A stretch of DNA of 64,000 bases from a virus (Duplodnaviria; Caudoviricetes): the IMG/VR virus record IMGVR_UViG_3300019703_000001, positions 21,079 through 85,078 of that record. One strand, given 5' to 3'. A program made the translations under genes and the position numbers. Below the pieces are notes generated by a model, which saw only the letters and a program-made list of their open reading frames with translations, made no database searches and was not told the origin of the DNA. Below are positions 38,010 through 47,402 of this stretch, piece after piece (within the stretch, counting starts at the first letter, position 1; every line of letters starts with the position of its first letter).

Positions 38010-38339
38010 ATGAATATCTTTTCAAACATAGTTATTCAAGGATTTGCTGCAAACACTCCACAAGAACAAAATCATAATAATAAAAAATATTACACATTCT
38101 CTTTAGTCTTACGCATTCAATCTGTTTATAACAATCAATCTTATATAGATGTTGAAACATGGGACAATGATATAGTTAACGACATTCAAATAGGGTCTAA
38201 GCTATGTATAACAGGCAATGTGTCAATTGACAGCATGAAGGGACAAAGCGGGATCGAATATCAGAGAATAAAAATTGTAGCTCATTCAATAAGAAAGGCC
38301 CTCCATGTCAAAGAGGACCTTTTTACTATTCCGGTTTAA
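38010..38339 (+). CDS. ssb: Second, divergent SSB-like OB-fold protein
   Basis: N..VIQG, YIDVETW, G....ITG......RIKIVA. Confidence 0.7.
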   Translation: MNIFSNIVIQGFAANTPQEQNHNNKKYYTFSLVLRIQSVYNNQSYIDVETWDNDIVNDIQIGSKLCITGNVSIDSMKGQSGIEYQRIKIVAHSIRKALHVKEDLFTIPV

Positions 38340-38345
38340 GTCATT

Positions 38346-38804
38346 TTAAAGCGGTATCGGTTTAGAGAAGGACGAAAACGCCCAACCTCCCGAACCTTTC
38401 ACGGTTTCACTGTTTTGGCTGATTGTATTTAGATTTAATACTGAGCCTATAATAACGTTATATTTTAATTTTGCCGTTCCGGCCTTTTTAACAGTCATCT
38501 TTGCTGTTAAATTTTTTAGCCCCTCAATTGCCGGGATTTTGGGTTTGTTAAAACAATAAATGTCGAATCCGGGATCGTAAGGTTTTGAGTCAAAAAAGTT
38601 AAATCTAGGTCTTATTGGTGCTGATTCAATCCCTGACACAATGCCACTGTCACAAGTGATAACCCCCTCAGTAAAAGAGAAATCGACTGTTTGAATAATT
38701 TTGATTTGACTTTCAGGCACTACATGAACCGCAAAAAGAGACGCGGCAAACGCAGCAAAAAAGACGAAAATCAAGAGAACGATAGAAAATATTTTTATTC
38801 TCAT
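38346..38804 (-). CDS. Putative secreted/periplasmic protein
   Basis: Basic N-terminus, long hydrophobic stretch, and SLFA as a possible signal peptidase I site. Confidence 0.6.
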   Translation of the reverse strand: MRIKIFSIVLLIFVFFAAFAASLFAVHVVPESQIKIIQTVDFSFTEGVITCDSGIVSGIESAPIRPRFNFFDSKPYDPGFDIYCFNKPKIPAIEGLKNLTAKMTVKKAGTAKLKYNVIIGSVLNLNTISQNSETVKGSGGWAFSSFSKPIPL

Positions 38805-38835
38805 TAGTACCTCCGTTTAATTGTTTTTGTTGTTA

Positions 38836-38952
38836 TTAAATAGTCCTTATTATTTTATTATTTTGGTTGCATTTAGCTTCAAACGATTTTACAGTCATAA
38901 AAGAAACATAAATCAATAAAACAAAAAGCACTACAAAAAAGACTCCTTTCAT
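38836..38952 (-). CDS. 38-aa membrane peptide (not in the ORF track)
   Basis: GGAG RBS; MKGVFFVVLFVLLIYVSFMTVKSFEAKCNQNNKIIRTI. Confidence 0.5.
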   Translation of the reverse strand: MKGVFFVVLFVLLIYVSFMTVKSFEAKCNQNNKIIRTI

Positions 38953-38978
38953 TAAACATCTCCATTTAATTGTTTTAA

Positions 38979-39152
38979 TTAATCTTCAACATAATCCAAT
39001 ATTTTAGGTATGTTCATGATACCCTCTACCAACTCTATACTTGTTGATGTAACAATTGCGGACATATGAGGGTGACCATTTTCGTTTAAATATTTAATTA
39101 AAGGCATTGCAGCCTCTTTTAACATATCCAAACGTTCCTGTTCTTTTGGCAT
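38979..39152 (-). CDS. 57-aa hypothetical phage protein (not in the ORF track)
   Basis: GGAGG RBS; MPKEQERLDMLKEAAMPLIKYLNENGHPHMSAIVTSTSIELVEG...; upstream TTGACA-17-TATCTT. Confidence 0.7.
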   Translation of the reverse strand: MPKEQERLDMLKEAAMPLIKYLNENGHPHMSAIVTSTSIELVEGIMNIPKILDYVED

Positions 39153-39235
39153 TTACTATCCTCCATTTGGTGTGTATTATTTTGTTCTTAACAAATACAA
39201 GATAAGATTAAAGGTGGTTTATGTCAAGAAAAAAA

Positions 39236-39496
39236 TCATTTTTTTCTAAAAATATTTCTAATTACTTCTATTTTTGAGGGCTTACAAAATACTGATGTAA
39301 CATACTCGTCTGAGCGGCTTGTTAATACATAAACTTTCCTATTTTGTCTATGACATTCAGAAATTCTTTTCTCTACAATATTATCAGGTATCGCAGGGGA
39401 TGGCTCCGGGATAAGCGGTTTTAAAGAATATAAAACATATCCCAGAGTGAAACAGATTACAACTATTTTGAAAAAACTTATAACTTCTTTAATCAT
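39236..39496 (-). CDS. Membrane-anchored small protein (lysis-adjacent)
   Basis: N-terminal hydrophobic helix and two Cys. Confidence 0.5.
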   Translation of the reverse strand: MIKEVISFFKIVVICFTLGYVLYSLKPLIPEPSPAIPDNIVEKRISECHRQNRKVYVLTSRSDEYVTSVFCKPSKIEVIRNIFRKK

Positions 39497-39599
39497 TTTT
39501 TATTTATCCTTTTGTGGTCTTTTTTGGGATCTGAAAAATAATATGTTGAAACAAGTGCGGAGATCAAGAGAGCTATTATAATGTATAATATTAAGCTTA

Positions 39600-39836
39600 T
39601 CATTTTTCACCTCCCTTTAATTCAACCGGATCGGCTTTTATTTCAATCCCCTGTTTTGTCGTTACGGAAAATGAAAGGTTTAATATTAGCCACATCAAAA
39701 AACCGAATACAAGAATCACAGCAATAAATTTAATGGTATGATTCATTGCAGCCCATGCAACATAGGCGTACCAGCTCTGATTTACAGGCAGTTCGGGGGG
39801 CTCGATGCATTCGGTTTTTTTCTTTTTTCGTGGCAT
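39600..39836 (-). CDS. Holin/antiholin-like membrane protein
   Basis: Hydrophobic helix; in the lysis cluster. Confidence 0.5.
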   Translation of the reverse strand: MPRKKKKTECIEPPELPVNQSWYAYVAWAAMNHTIKFIAVILVFGFLMWLILNLSFSVTTKQGIEIKADPVELKGGEK

Positions 39837-39852
39837 ATTTTTTAATCCTTTT

Positions 39853-40167
39853 TTAACCCCTTGAAACTGTCATTGTCTGCATGGGGTTAGTTGTATTGTC
39901 ATCTTCTCTGACAAATTCTCTGACAAAAATAGGGGGTTTTTTGTCAGGAGCAAAGTTTGAGGTGGCCTTTGCGGTCCATGTAATGCCTAACCCGGCCATA
40001 GCAGAACCCAAAACGGTAGTTGTCATGGGGTGTATCTTACCTGTCCTAACATATTCAATAATGACCAATACGGTTAAAACAAAAACAACAAACATGCATA
40101 GTCTTGACCATTCAAGGCCAATCTTCTTCCCTGTAGTTAAGGGTTTCATTTCTTCTTTGGTGTCCAT
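39853..40167 (-). CDS. Holin-like protein
   Basis: Two hydrophobic helices; directly after the endolysin. Confidence 0.6.
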   Translation of the reverse strand: MDTKEEMKPLTTGKKIGLEWSRLCMFVVFVLTVLVIIEYVRTGKIHPMTTTVLGSAMAGLGITWTAKATSNFAPDKKPPIFVREFVREDDNTTNPMQTMTVSRG

Positions 40168-40835
40168 TCTTCTGCTCCCTTTAGTGGTTTAAAAAACAGT
40201 GCGCTTATATGATTGGGCTTTGCCTTCCGTCCGAAAATAGTTTCCTGATAACGAACCATAGCAGCCTTGACCATATTCTGTTCATAAAAAACATTATTCC
40301 CGCTGTCAATAGTTCGATTTTTGTAGTTTCGGTTAGCATCACCCCGAGGATCTAAAACCCTAAAGTGTTCATGCTCCCACCCGGCAATGTTTATAAAATG
40401 ACCGCCTTTAAGTGTTGCCAATTTATAGACATTAGTCATGACCGGCCCTTTTTGCAGTTGGATCAAAAAATCCTCCCAACTCATTTGGAGGTCAAGCTCA
40501 AATCGTCCGGGAACATTGTGGATTTGCATTAAATGGTTTAGACCGTTTTGCAAAACAACCCACCATTGGCTCGTATAGCCCTTAACCCACGGCATTTTAT
40601 TAATAATTTCAAGTGCCCATTCAGCCCTCGGATTTATTTTTATTTCAACCTGCTTCAATACCCATTCAAGCTGCTGATCATTAGACCCGTCTAATCTATC
40701 ACTGTAATGGCCACCTATTGACATCATGGCTGTTACATTGCACTGAGCATATTCTCTGTATTTCCCTTTGAATGTAGGATTATCATCTTGCCAGTTGTAT
40801 TCTGTCATATGATGATCGAATTGATTTTGATACAT
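40146..40835 (-). CDS. Endolysin, papain-like (C39-like) cysteine peptidase
   Basis: QCNVTAM (Cys), GGHFINIAG (His) and VLDPRG (Asp) form a catalytic triad pattern; next to holin-like genes. Confidence 0.7.
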   Translation of the reverse strand: MYQNQFDHHMTEYNWQDDNPTFKGKYREYAQCNVTAMMSIGGHYSDRLDGSNDQQLEWVLKQVEIKINPRAEWALEIINKMPWVKGYTSQWWVVLQNGLNHLMQIHNVPGRFELDLQMSWEDFLIQLQKGPVMTNVYKLATLKGGHFINIAGWEHEHFRVLDPRGDANRNYKNRTIDSGNNVFYEQNMVKAAMVRYQETIFGRKAKPNHISALFFKPLKGAEEWTPKKK

Positions 40836-40852
40836 TTTTCTCTCCTTGCCTT

Positions 40853-41269
40853 TTATTTTATGGCGTCATAGGCTATTTTGGTCAAAAGTGTTATGACTAT
40901 CCCCACAAACGGTTTTGCGAAGGATTTCCACATTTGCGCTTTTATTTGATTTTCCAGAGTAAACAAGGCGTTTTTCATAGAATCTATTGTCACATATTCT
41001 TTTTGAATGCCTACAACCATTCCCTCTGTTTTGTCAAATCTTCTTGACATGTCCTCTTTGTCGTCTTTTATTTCTCGCTGCAAAGTCGTTATGGAGTTTT
41101 GCATTATACCGATCCTCTCCTGGTGTTTTGCTTGATTTCCTTCTATTGATGTGATTCTGTCTTCAATTTTTTTCATGCTTGATTTAACTTCCGTTATGTC
41201 ATTACGGATGAAGCCTTGATTCTCTAAGACCCGATCCATAAACATATTTAACCGTTCTGCTGATTCCAT
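40853..41269 (-). CDS. Coiled-coil protein with C-terminal membrane helix (XhlA/holin-associated-like)
   Basis: Heptad-rich with a hydrophobic C-terminus; in the lysis cluster. Confidence 0.5.
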   Translation of the reverse strand: MESAERLNMFMDRVLENQGFIRNDITEVKSSMKKIEDRITSIEGNQAKHQERIGIMQNSITTLQREIKDDKEDMSRRFDKTEGMVVGIQKEYVTIDSMKNALFTLENQIKAQMWKSFAKPFVGIVITLLTKIAYDAIK

Positions 41270-41337
41270 GTCTCATCTCTCTTATCTCTTATTTTTTTTG
41301 TGTTTCTATATGTATGTGATATATTTGCTTCTAAAGT

Positions 41338-42186
41338 TCATCCGCGCGGCCTATAAATATAGCCATTAACTTTTACTTTAAGACGCTTAATGCCGCGAGC
41401 CGCAAGAGTTAAATTGTCCTGGATGTGCAATTCAAATGCATCATTAGTCCGGGCCAGCAGTTCAAGAGAAATGCCCGACTTCTCAGCCCCGTTTATAGTC
41501 TTTCTGACTCTGATACCCCAGTCAGTAGCAGGGGTTTGTCTTTCCGCATAAGTTAAGTCGTACGCACTATCAGCAAGCTCTCCATTATCAATTATATTTA
41601 CTTGATATTCACTCGTGGTGTCACTTTTTACGCCGAAAAATATTCCATTGGTTAAGGGATCGCCTGCGCCGAACAACCCATCGGTAGGTTTTGAGTTTAC
41701 AATAAATGTAATCAATATCCTGTTAATTCTCCAAATCAAATTATCAGGGGGAAATGTCGAAAAAACTTGTTTTATTGTTGACCCGTCCACAGCCATGTTT
41801 GTGTCAACTCTATAAGCGTAAGTGATGAAACTTGGATTTGAAATAGCGAAAGGAATGTCAATTCCTACTGTTATTGTATCATCAGTAACACTTGTAACTC
41901 GTGTTTGAAAATACCTTGGGAAGTCTGTTCCATCATCATAATGTATAACAAGAAAATCCTCAATAAAATCAGCTCTATTGGGATTTGTAAAACCGTGCCC
42001 CGGAGCAAGGTTTAATGTCCTGCTATATTGAGGCACAGGATCCAAAACGGTAAATGCGTTTTGTTCTTTATATAAATAATTTTCAACGGGAAAACCGGTC
42101 AGGTCTTCTCTTTTTGCAAAGATTTCACCATCTTCTTTAAGTCCCGCCGGTTGGTTTCCAATTACAACAGATTTTTCATTAGTCAT
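41338..42186 (-). CDS. Putative virion structural protein
   Basis: Beta-rich; FGAGDPLTNG motif; late-strand position. Confidence 0.45.
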   Translation of the reverse strand: MTNEKSVVIGNQPAGLKEDGEIFAKREDLTGFPVENYLYKEQNAFTVLDPVPQYSRTLNLAPGHGFTNPNRADFIEDFLVIHYDDGTDFPRYFQTRVTSVTDDTITVGIDIPFAISNPSFITYAYRVDTNMAVDGSTIKQVFSTFPPDNLIWRINRILITFIVNSKPTDGLFGAGDPLTNGIFFGVKSDTTSEYQVNIIDNGELADSAYDLTYAERQTPATDWGIRVRKTINGAEKSGISLELLARTNDAFELHIQDNLTLAARGIKRLKVKVNGYIYRPRG

Positions 42187-42458
42187 GAAACAACCCCCAG
42201 TAAGCCGTCATTATTAACAGGCTTAACATAAACATCCATAGCGGCATCATTATCAAATATAACCGTATCCGAAAAGACCTCTCCGCCGATATAGTTTACA
42301 TCGGGAGCAGGATCGCCCGTGTCAACATATGTGACCAGATATTCTGTTGGTTCGTTATCCTGTTCAATTACATGAATTTTGCCTTTGTTTATAACATTAG
42401 ACAAAACCAATGTCCAAACGTCTTTAGTTAAAACTGTAGGTGTTGGTTTTCCACTCAT
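42183..42458 (-). CDS. Hypothetical protein
   Basis: Coupled ORF. Confidence 0.6.
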   Translation of the reverse strand: MSGKPTPTVLTKDVWTLVLSNVINKGKIHVIEQDNEPTEYLVTYVDTGDPAPDVNYIGGEVFSDTVIFDNDAAMDVYVKPVNNDGLLGVVS

Positions 42459-42461
42459 TTT

Positions 42462-43553
42462 TTATACTCCAAAACTTGTTTTTTGTACCCTCTGGATTTG
42501 TGGAGTCGCGCTTCCTTGTTCAACTATGATTCTTCCGACCAATATTGATGATTCTTTTATCTCATCAGGGAGGTCGGTTTCTGCTGCGCTTTCTTTTGCA
42601 CTGCTTACATCTGCAAATTTATTTGATAATTTAACAAATAGTAGTTGTTTTGATCCATCAATTACCCTGTAAATACTATTTACCACAAATTCACCGGCCC
42701 CAAGCGTGGTAAGACCGCTCGCTGATTGATACTGTAAATTATCTATTTGGGCAATTTTTGTTGTCTGCCAAACACTCGAATTATCCCTGTAATACAAATA
42801 CATGTCATTGTCTACAAAGGCGGTGTCTATTGCCTCCGTAGTTGTCTCATTAACCCCATTAGACACGATTAGCTCAGACAATACAACATAGTTAACGTTT
42901 GTTGTCAGGGTGAAGGGATCAATTATTTCATAATTTCGGCGTCTTTCGATAACTTCTAAAAGCTTTTCAGGGAGTCCATAACCGGTCTGACCGATAGGAA
43001 TAACATAAATTGAAGTTGAAAATTTAAGAATTGCCAACACAGGAATAACACTTGAAAAATTATAGGTTCTATCAGACAGTATGGTCCATATAGGCTCACC
43101 GCTGTTATAGTCAATTGCAATGTAATTCATGCCGTCCGTTAGCGGCAAGTCAAGTGCTGCCACTGAGTATTCACCAAAGAATCCGGCAAAAAGTGGCTCT
43201 GAATACAAAAAGGCTGTAGTAGCCGGACACTGATAATTTCCCCCGACAAGAGCAGTGGGGAAGGTGGGCGAAGTTCCCGATATACCGGCATAACGGGGGA
43301 CATCCATGAATGAGCTCTGCGGTGAGGGCAAGTAAACAAAGTTATTAACATCTTTTGATGTTATAATCTCAGTCGCGTCTTTATTTTTTATTAATGCCTC
43401 CGGCAGGTCTAAAGTTGATCCGAATTTATCAAGTGCCCATTCTTGTAATATATTATTAACTTCATCAAGGTCATCTACTGCGATCATAACATCATAATAG
43501 TTTCCATTATAAAGGACTTCGCAGTATCTTAAATTCTTCTTGTTTAAAGCCAT
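42462..43553 (-). CDS. Putative structural/fibre-associated protein
   Basis: Beta-rich; NYIAIDYNSG.P; C-terminal ILVGRIIV.QG. Confidence 0.45.
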   Translation of the reverse strand: MALNKKNLRYCEVLYNGNYYDVMIAVDDLDEVNNILQEWALDKFGSTLDLPEALIKNKDATEIITSKDVNNFVYLPSPQSSFMDVPRYAGISGTSPTFPTALVGGNYQCPATTAFLYSEPLFAGFFGEYSVAALDLPLTDGMNYIAIDYNSGEPIWTILSDRTYNFSSVIPVLAILKFSTSIYVIPIGQTGYGLPEKLLEVIERRRNYEIIDPFTLTTNVNYVVLSELIVSNGVNETTTEAIDTAFVDNDMYLYYRDNSSVWQTTKIAQIDNLQYQSASGLTTLGAGEFVVNSIYRVIDGSKQLLFVKLSNKFADVSSAKESAAETDLPDEIKESSILVGRIIVEQGSATPQIQRVQKTSFGV

Positions 43554-43554
43554 T

Positions 43555-44091
43555 TTATGCCTCCGCTTTCAGGATATTATCTGTCACAACCTGCATTTCT
43601 TCCGGGTGTTTTATTTCCTTTTTGACGCCGTTTATAAATGTTATTTCATAGTAGCTCTCACCGGGGATCGTTTCTGTTTTTACTGAATAATATTTTTTTT
43701 CAGTATCAGCTTTTTCAAGTTTTTCAATATAGGATTCAAGATCAGGTGATCCTGTAATATTAAAAAGGTCTTGAATTGGTTTTAATTTATTTATTTTTTC
43801 AGTATAAACCTTACTTTGTTGCCGAAGATCGTCTAATTCTTTTGTCAATTGATTATATTCTTCATTTTTGTCCTTATCACCTTTTAAAGTTTCTATTTGT
43901 TTTTTTATAGAGTCTCTTTTGTTTTTCAGCTCATCTTGAAGTCTTATTCCTTCTTGAATATCTTTTAAAAGACCCATTTTGTCTAATTTTAAATCAATTT
44001 CTTTTCCTTCTTCCCCTGTTATTAATTCAACGTCCTGAATAAACCCTTTATTTATCCAAGTCGTATCATTTATTTGTATCATTTGGTTCAT
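43555..44091 (-). CDS. Coiled-coil hypothetical protein
   Basis: Long Lys/Glu heptad region. Confidence 0.6.
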   Translation of the reverse strand: MNQMIQINDTTWINKGFIQDVELITGEEGKEIDLKLDKMGLLKDIQEGIRLQDELKNKRDSIKKQIETLKGDKDKNEEYNQLTKELDDLRQQSKVYTEKINKLKPIQDLFNITGSPDLESYIEKLEKADTEKKYYSVKTETIPGESYYEITFINGVKKEIKHPEEMQVVTDNILKAEA

Positions 44092-44116
44092 TTGATTTCT
44101 CCTTTGTTTTATGAGT

Positions 44117-44332
44117 CTATCTTAGTTTTTGTTTTTTTTGATAATTTTCATTAATAAAATTACATTTCACAATTTTTAAATTATAATCTATTCCTTCAAA
44201 ATAATCACACTCCGTGCACCATGCAGAACCTACACGTGCCTTCATATATTCTTTTTTAGTAAAGAAGGCAATATCTTTTAAATTTTTACACGTTTTTTTT
44301 AAAAAGAAAAATTTTTTTATTTTTATTAACAT
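44117..44332 (-). CDS. Small Cys-containing hypothetical protein
   Basis: AAGGAG RBS; C.ECDYF...C. Confidence 0.55.
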   Translation of the reverse strand: MLIKIKKFFFLKKTCKNLKDIAFFTKKEYMKARVGSAWCTECDYFEGIDYNLKIVKCNFINENYQKKQKLR

Positions 44333-44349
44333 CTGTAGTCTCCTTTGTT

Positions 44350-45960
44350 TTATATCAACATCACAGCCTTTTCCAAGGCTTCATCTATTAAACTATCTGT
44401 TTCGTCCTCAGAGAACCCTCCAAAGCCCTCTTCTTCTGATTCCCCGCCTTCTCCCATGCCCTGCATCATTTGTACATTTTGAGCATAAACAGGATCAAGA
44501 ATTATATCCCCTTTTTCTCCCAGAGAAGGGAGGTCCATTTCTTTTCTGATTTCATTAACTGTCTTGACCGACTTAACGTTTTTGGTTCTTAAGTCAGCTT
44601 CAAAGGATTTGTCTTCTGTTTCAACACCGTTAAATTTGAATTTAAAATCCTTTGCGAAGTCATAGCCGGATAGAGCAAGCCATTTATTAACTATATCAGC
44701 AAGGCCGCCGAGCAAATCTTTAAGGCCCCGGCTTTTTGAGAATAACTGCTTTGCGTCCTGGTTATCATTAAGCACATTTTGCGCCTGATTAAGCCTCAAT
44801 CCGAGTTCAGCAGGGTCCGCGCCCATACAGGAGCAAACTAACGCCCCTGAGAATTGCATAAATTCATTATATTCCATATCCCTATTACTAGGAAACATAT
44901 TTAATACTTTAGCGTCTCCATTCAATAAGGGGATATTCCATTGACCGTCTGTTCCCTCAAAGTTTGCGGCCCACTCATCCTGCATATCTTCAAGCTGCTC
45001 CGGTGTATAACTATTATCTTTGCCTAAAGAGATCCCTACTTTGGGAATAGAGCCTTTTGAAAGCCCCGTGAGGTTATATGTGAGAGAGTTTATAAAGGCA
45101 GTTACGGCAAGATTAGCCTTTTCTACCACAGAAAGGCCCTGTTTGTAGAATCTTACATCATTTAACTCATTTGAAAGGTCATATATTAGATCTTTGTCGT
45201 CGAATGCTGCAACTACCCCGCCGCCGCCCATATTATAAAGCAGCTCCTGAACAAAACGTATTTCTTCCGGGGGAGGCGTGGACTCTACACGCAATTTGGA
45301 TATAACATCTTCTATTTTGCTATACCCCCTTGACCCGCCTACTTGAGAAGGGGAGCCATAAAAACCGCCGGGAAGTACTGGGAAAATAGTCGCACCGTCC
45401 AAAACCCACAGTGCAATCGATTTGCCACTTTGGTCTGTTTCATTTTCCCACGTTATTTTATCTATTAATAGTCGGTCTCTGGTGTATTTTGTGGCTATGC
45501 TTTTAAAATTATCAGGGGTTTCAATTCCGACGTAGTCTTCACGGTGTCCGCATTCAAGGAAGTTCTCTAAAAATTCTTTTTGCTTTTCCTTATCACCGCT
45601 TATTTGCTCTTTTTCGTCTTTTAAAACAAATTCCCAACCGGGAATATCCTTATCATGTGATATTTTTACGAATTCCATCATCTGCTGTATTCGTAAAGTG
45701 ATTACACCCCCGACAAGGGGATTTCGGGGTTCAATCAATCTTAATAAATTATCGGGAATTTTTCCAAGGGGGTATACAATATTATTCGGATTCGTTCTGT
45801 TTACCGAATCATATTGCATACCCCTATTGACAGACTTGAAGACTTTTTTGTCTAAATGCTTAAGGGTTTGTTTCGCTTCTTGTACTGCTGCGGCGTAATC
45901 GAGGGCGTGTTTTTCTTGCCTTGTAGGATTACTTCGCTGCTTTTCCTTTTTCTTTGCCAT
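44350..45960 (-). CDS. Portal protein, SPO1/Twort-like
   Basis: RDRLLIDKIT.E, DGATI, EQLEDMQ.EW...G..GQW.IPLL, DMEY..F...C...GADPAELG and KTVNEIR motifs. Confidence 0.92.
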   Translation of the reverse strand: MAKKKEKQRSNPTRQEKHALDYAAAVQEAKQTLKHLDKKVFKSVNRGMQYDSVNRTNPNNIVYPLGKIPDNLLRLIEPRNPLVGGVITLRIQQMMEFVKISHDKDIPGWEFVLKDEKEQISGDKEKQKEFLENFLECGHREDYVGIETPDNFKSIATKYTRDRLLIDKITWENETDQSGKSIALWVLDGATIFPVLPGGFYGSPSQVGGSRGYSKIEDVISKLRVESTPPPEEIRFVQELLYNMGGGGVVAAFDDKDLIYDLSNELNDVRFYKQGLSVVEKANLAVTAFINSLTYNLTGLSKGSIPKVGISLGKDNSYTPEQLEDMQDEWAANFEGTDGQWNIPLLNGDAKVLNMFPSNRDMEYNEFMQFSGALVCSCMGADPAELGLRLNQAQNVLNDNQDAKQLFSKSRGLKDLLGGLADIVNKWLALSGYDFAKDFKFKFNGVETEDKSFEADLRTKNVKSVKTVNEIRKEMDLPSLGEKGDIILDPVYAQNVQMMQGMGEGGESEEEGFGGFSEDETDSLIDEALEKAVMLI

Positions 45961-46198
45961 TCATTTCAGCCTTTTTGTCTTTTTTGGCTGCCGTTAATGG
46001 CGTTGATTTTATACCGGGTTCCCCGTTTTCAAGAGTCTCTATTTCGACTATATCGTCAAGACCCCCGTTGTGGAGTGCCTTAGCGATTACACTCCAAGTA
46101 AAAGCTACAATATTCATAGTGGCTTTTGTTACTTCAAATTTCGGATTTTTTTCTAAACGTTCCGAAACTGTTTCGTTGAAAGCTTCTCTGAAATTCAT
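45929..46198 (-). CDS. Hypothetical protein
   Basis: AAGGA RBS; overlaps the portal start. Confidence 0.55.
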   Translation of the reverse strand: MNFREAFNETVSERLEKNPKFEVTKATMNIVAFTWSVIAKALHNGGLDDIVEIETLENGEPGIKSTPLTAAKKDKKAEMNGKEKGKAAK

Positions 46199-46201
46199 AT
46201 T

Positions 46202-46627
46202 TTATCCTTTTAATTTACTCATTATTTTGCCGTTTTTGAACTCAGCCATATGCTCATCATTTGTCCTTTTTTTAATATACTCAAACGCTAAAGAATTTGT
46301 CAACTTTATTATGCCTGTTTTATTAAAAAAAGAATCAAAAAAAGGAACTGAGCCGAAGTCCTTAATATATTCTAATAATTTATTACCCTTTATTGGAAAT
46401 ACGTTTGGGTTTTTTTCCATTGGCATTTTAGCAAGCTCTTTTTTTTGAGCGAGTAAGGGCAGCGTTAAAATTTTATTGTATTCCCTTTGGTCCCTTTCAG
46501 AGAGCTGCTGCCTGCCGTCTTCCGGGAGCTCAGATATTCCGGTCCCTCCGCTGTATGCCAAATAATATACACTGTTCAAGTATATAGTATAGTTACCTAT
46601 TTTTTCACATGGATTGTGTTGTGACAT
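46202..46627 (-). CDS. Hypothetical protein
   Basis: GGGG RBS. Confidence 0.6.
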   Translation of the reverse strand: MSQHNPCEKIGNYTIYLNSVYYLAYSGGTGISELPEDGRQQLSERDQREYNKILTLPLLAQKKELAKMPMEKNPNVFPIKGNKLLEYIKDFGSVPFFDSFFNKTGIIKLTNSLAFEYIKKRTNDEHMAEFKNGKIMSKLKG

Positions 46628-46667
46628 TATTCCCCCTTATAATTTTTATTCTTGTTTTGCGGTTTTA

Positions 46668-47132
46668 TCATTGTACAGTCTCAGTATTAAAGCGCTCAAG
46701 AAAATCTTTTTGTCGTTCGTCTTTTGTTTCTTCTATTTTTTCGTTAATTAGTTCACACAAATTTTCTTTGAACTGTAAGAAGTCATCCAAAAGATTATTT
46801 TTCATTAAAAAATGTGTCATTTCAGAAATGGAACCTAAAATATTATATATTTCAAGAACGTTGAACTCTTCAACTTGATTTTCTATTATTTTACATATAA
46901 CAGCAAGGTCCGCCTCTTCTGTCGAAGTGTCAGTTAATTTAAAATTTTCCAGCCTGCTTTTAATATTCTTGCTGAAAGAATTATAGAGATAGAAATACAG
47001 CAGGAATAAGATTATATAACATGCGGTTGTCAAAATGAAAAAAGCAGGGTGTAATTTATCCTTAAAAATAAGCATGGCTATAAATGAAACTATGTGAAAA
47101 GCTACAAATAAAATAGTGTATAATGATTTCAT
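46668..47132 (-). CDS. Membrane protein (two N-terminal helices)
   Basis: Hydrophobic N-terminus; CAGGAG RBS. Confidence 0.65.
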   Translation of the reverse strand: MKSLYTILFVAFHIVSFIAMLIFKDKLHPAFFILTTACYIILFLLYFYLYNSFSKNIKSRLENFKLTDTSTEEADLAVICKIIENQVEEFNVLEIYNILGSISEMTHFLMKNNLLDDFLQFKENLCELINEKIEETKDERQKDFLERFNTETVQ

Positions 47133-47135
47133 GCT

Positions 47136-47402
47136 TTATCTTCTCCTGTCTTTGTATTCTACACTGAAAGTATTAAATTTATTAAGGTTCAAACTTATTT
47201 TAGCAAATTTATTAATTTTAATTTGGTCTTCTGGATAACAATAAAATGTAATAACAATACGGGTTTTGTCGCAATCCGACGGTCTAACCCTATACGACAA
47301 GAAAATATTATTTTTTTTTGAAAATAGTGTAATTCTTTTTTGTACAATTGACAGAGCCATTTGATCAAATTTTTTGAATTTATGCAAACTTATGTCTATC
47401 AT
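47136..47402 (-). CDS. Hypothetical protein
   Basis: ORF in a co-oriented cluster. Confidence 0.55.
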   Translation of the reverse strand: MIDISLHKFKKFDQMALSIVQKRITLFSKKNNIFLSYRVRPSDCDKTRIVITFYCYPEDQIKINKFAKISLNLNKFNTFSVEYKDRRR

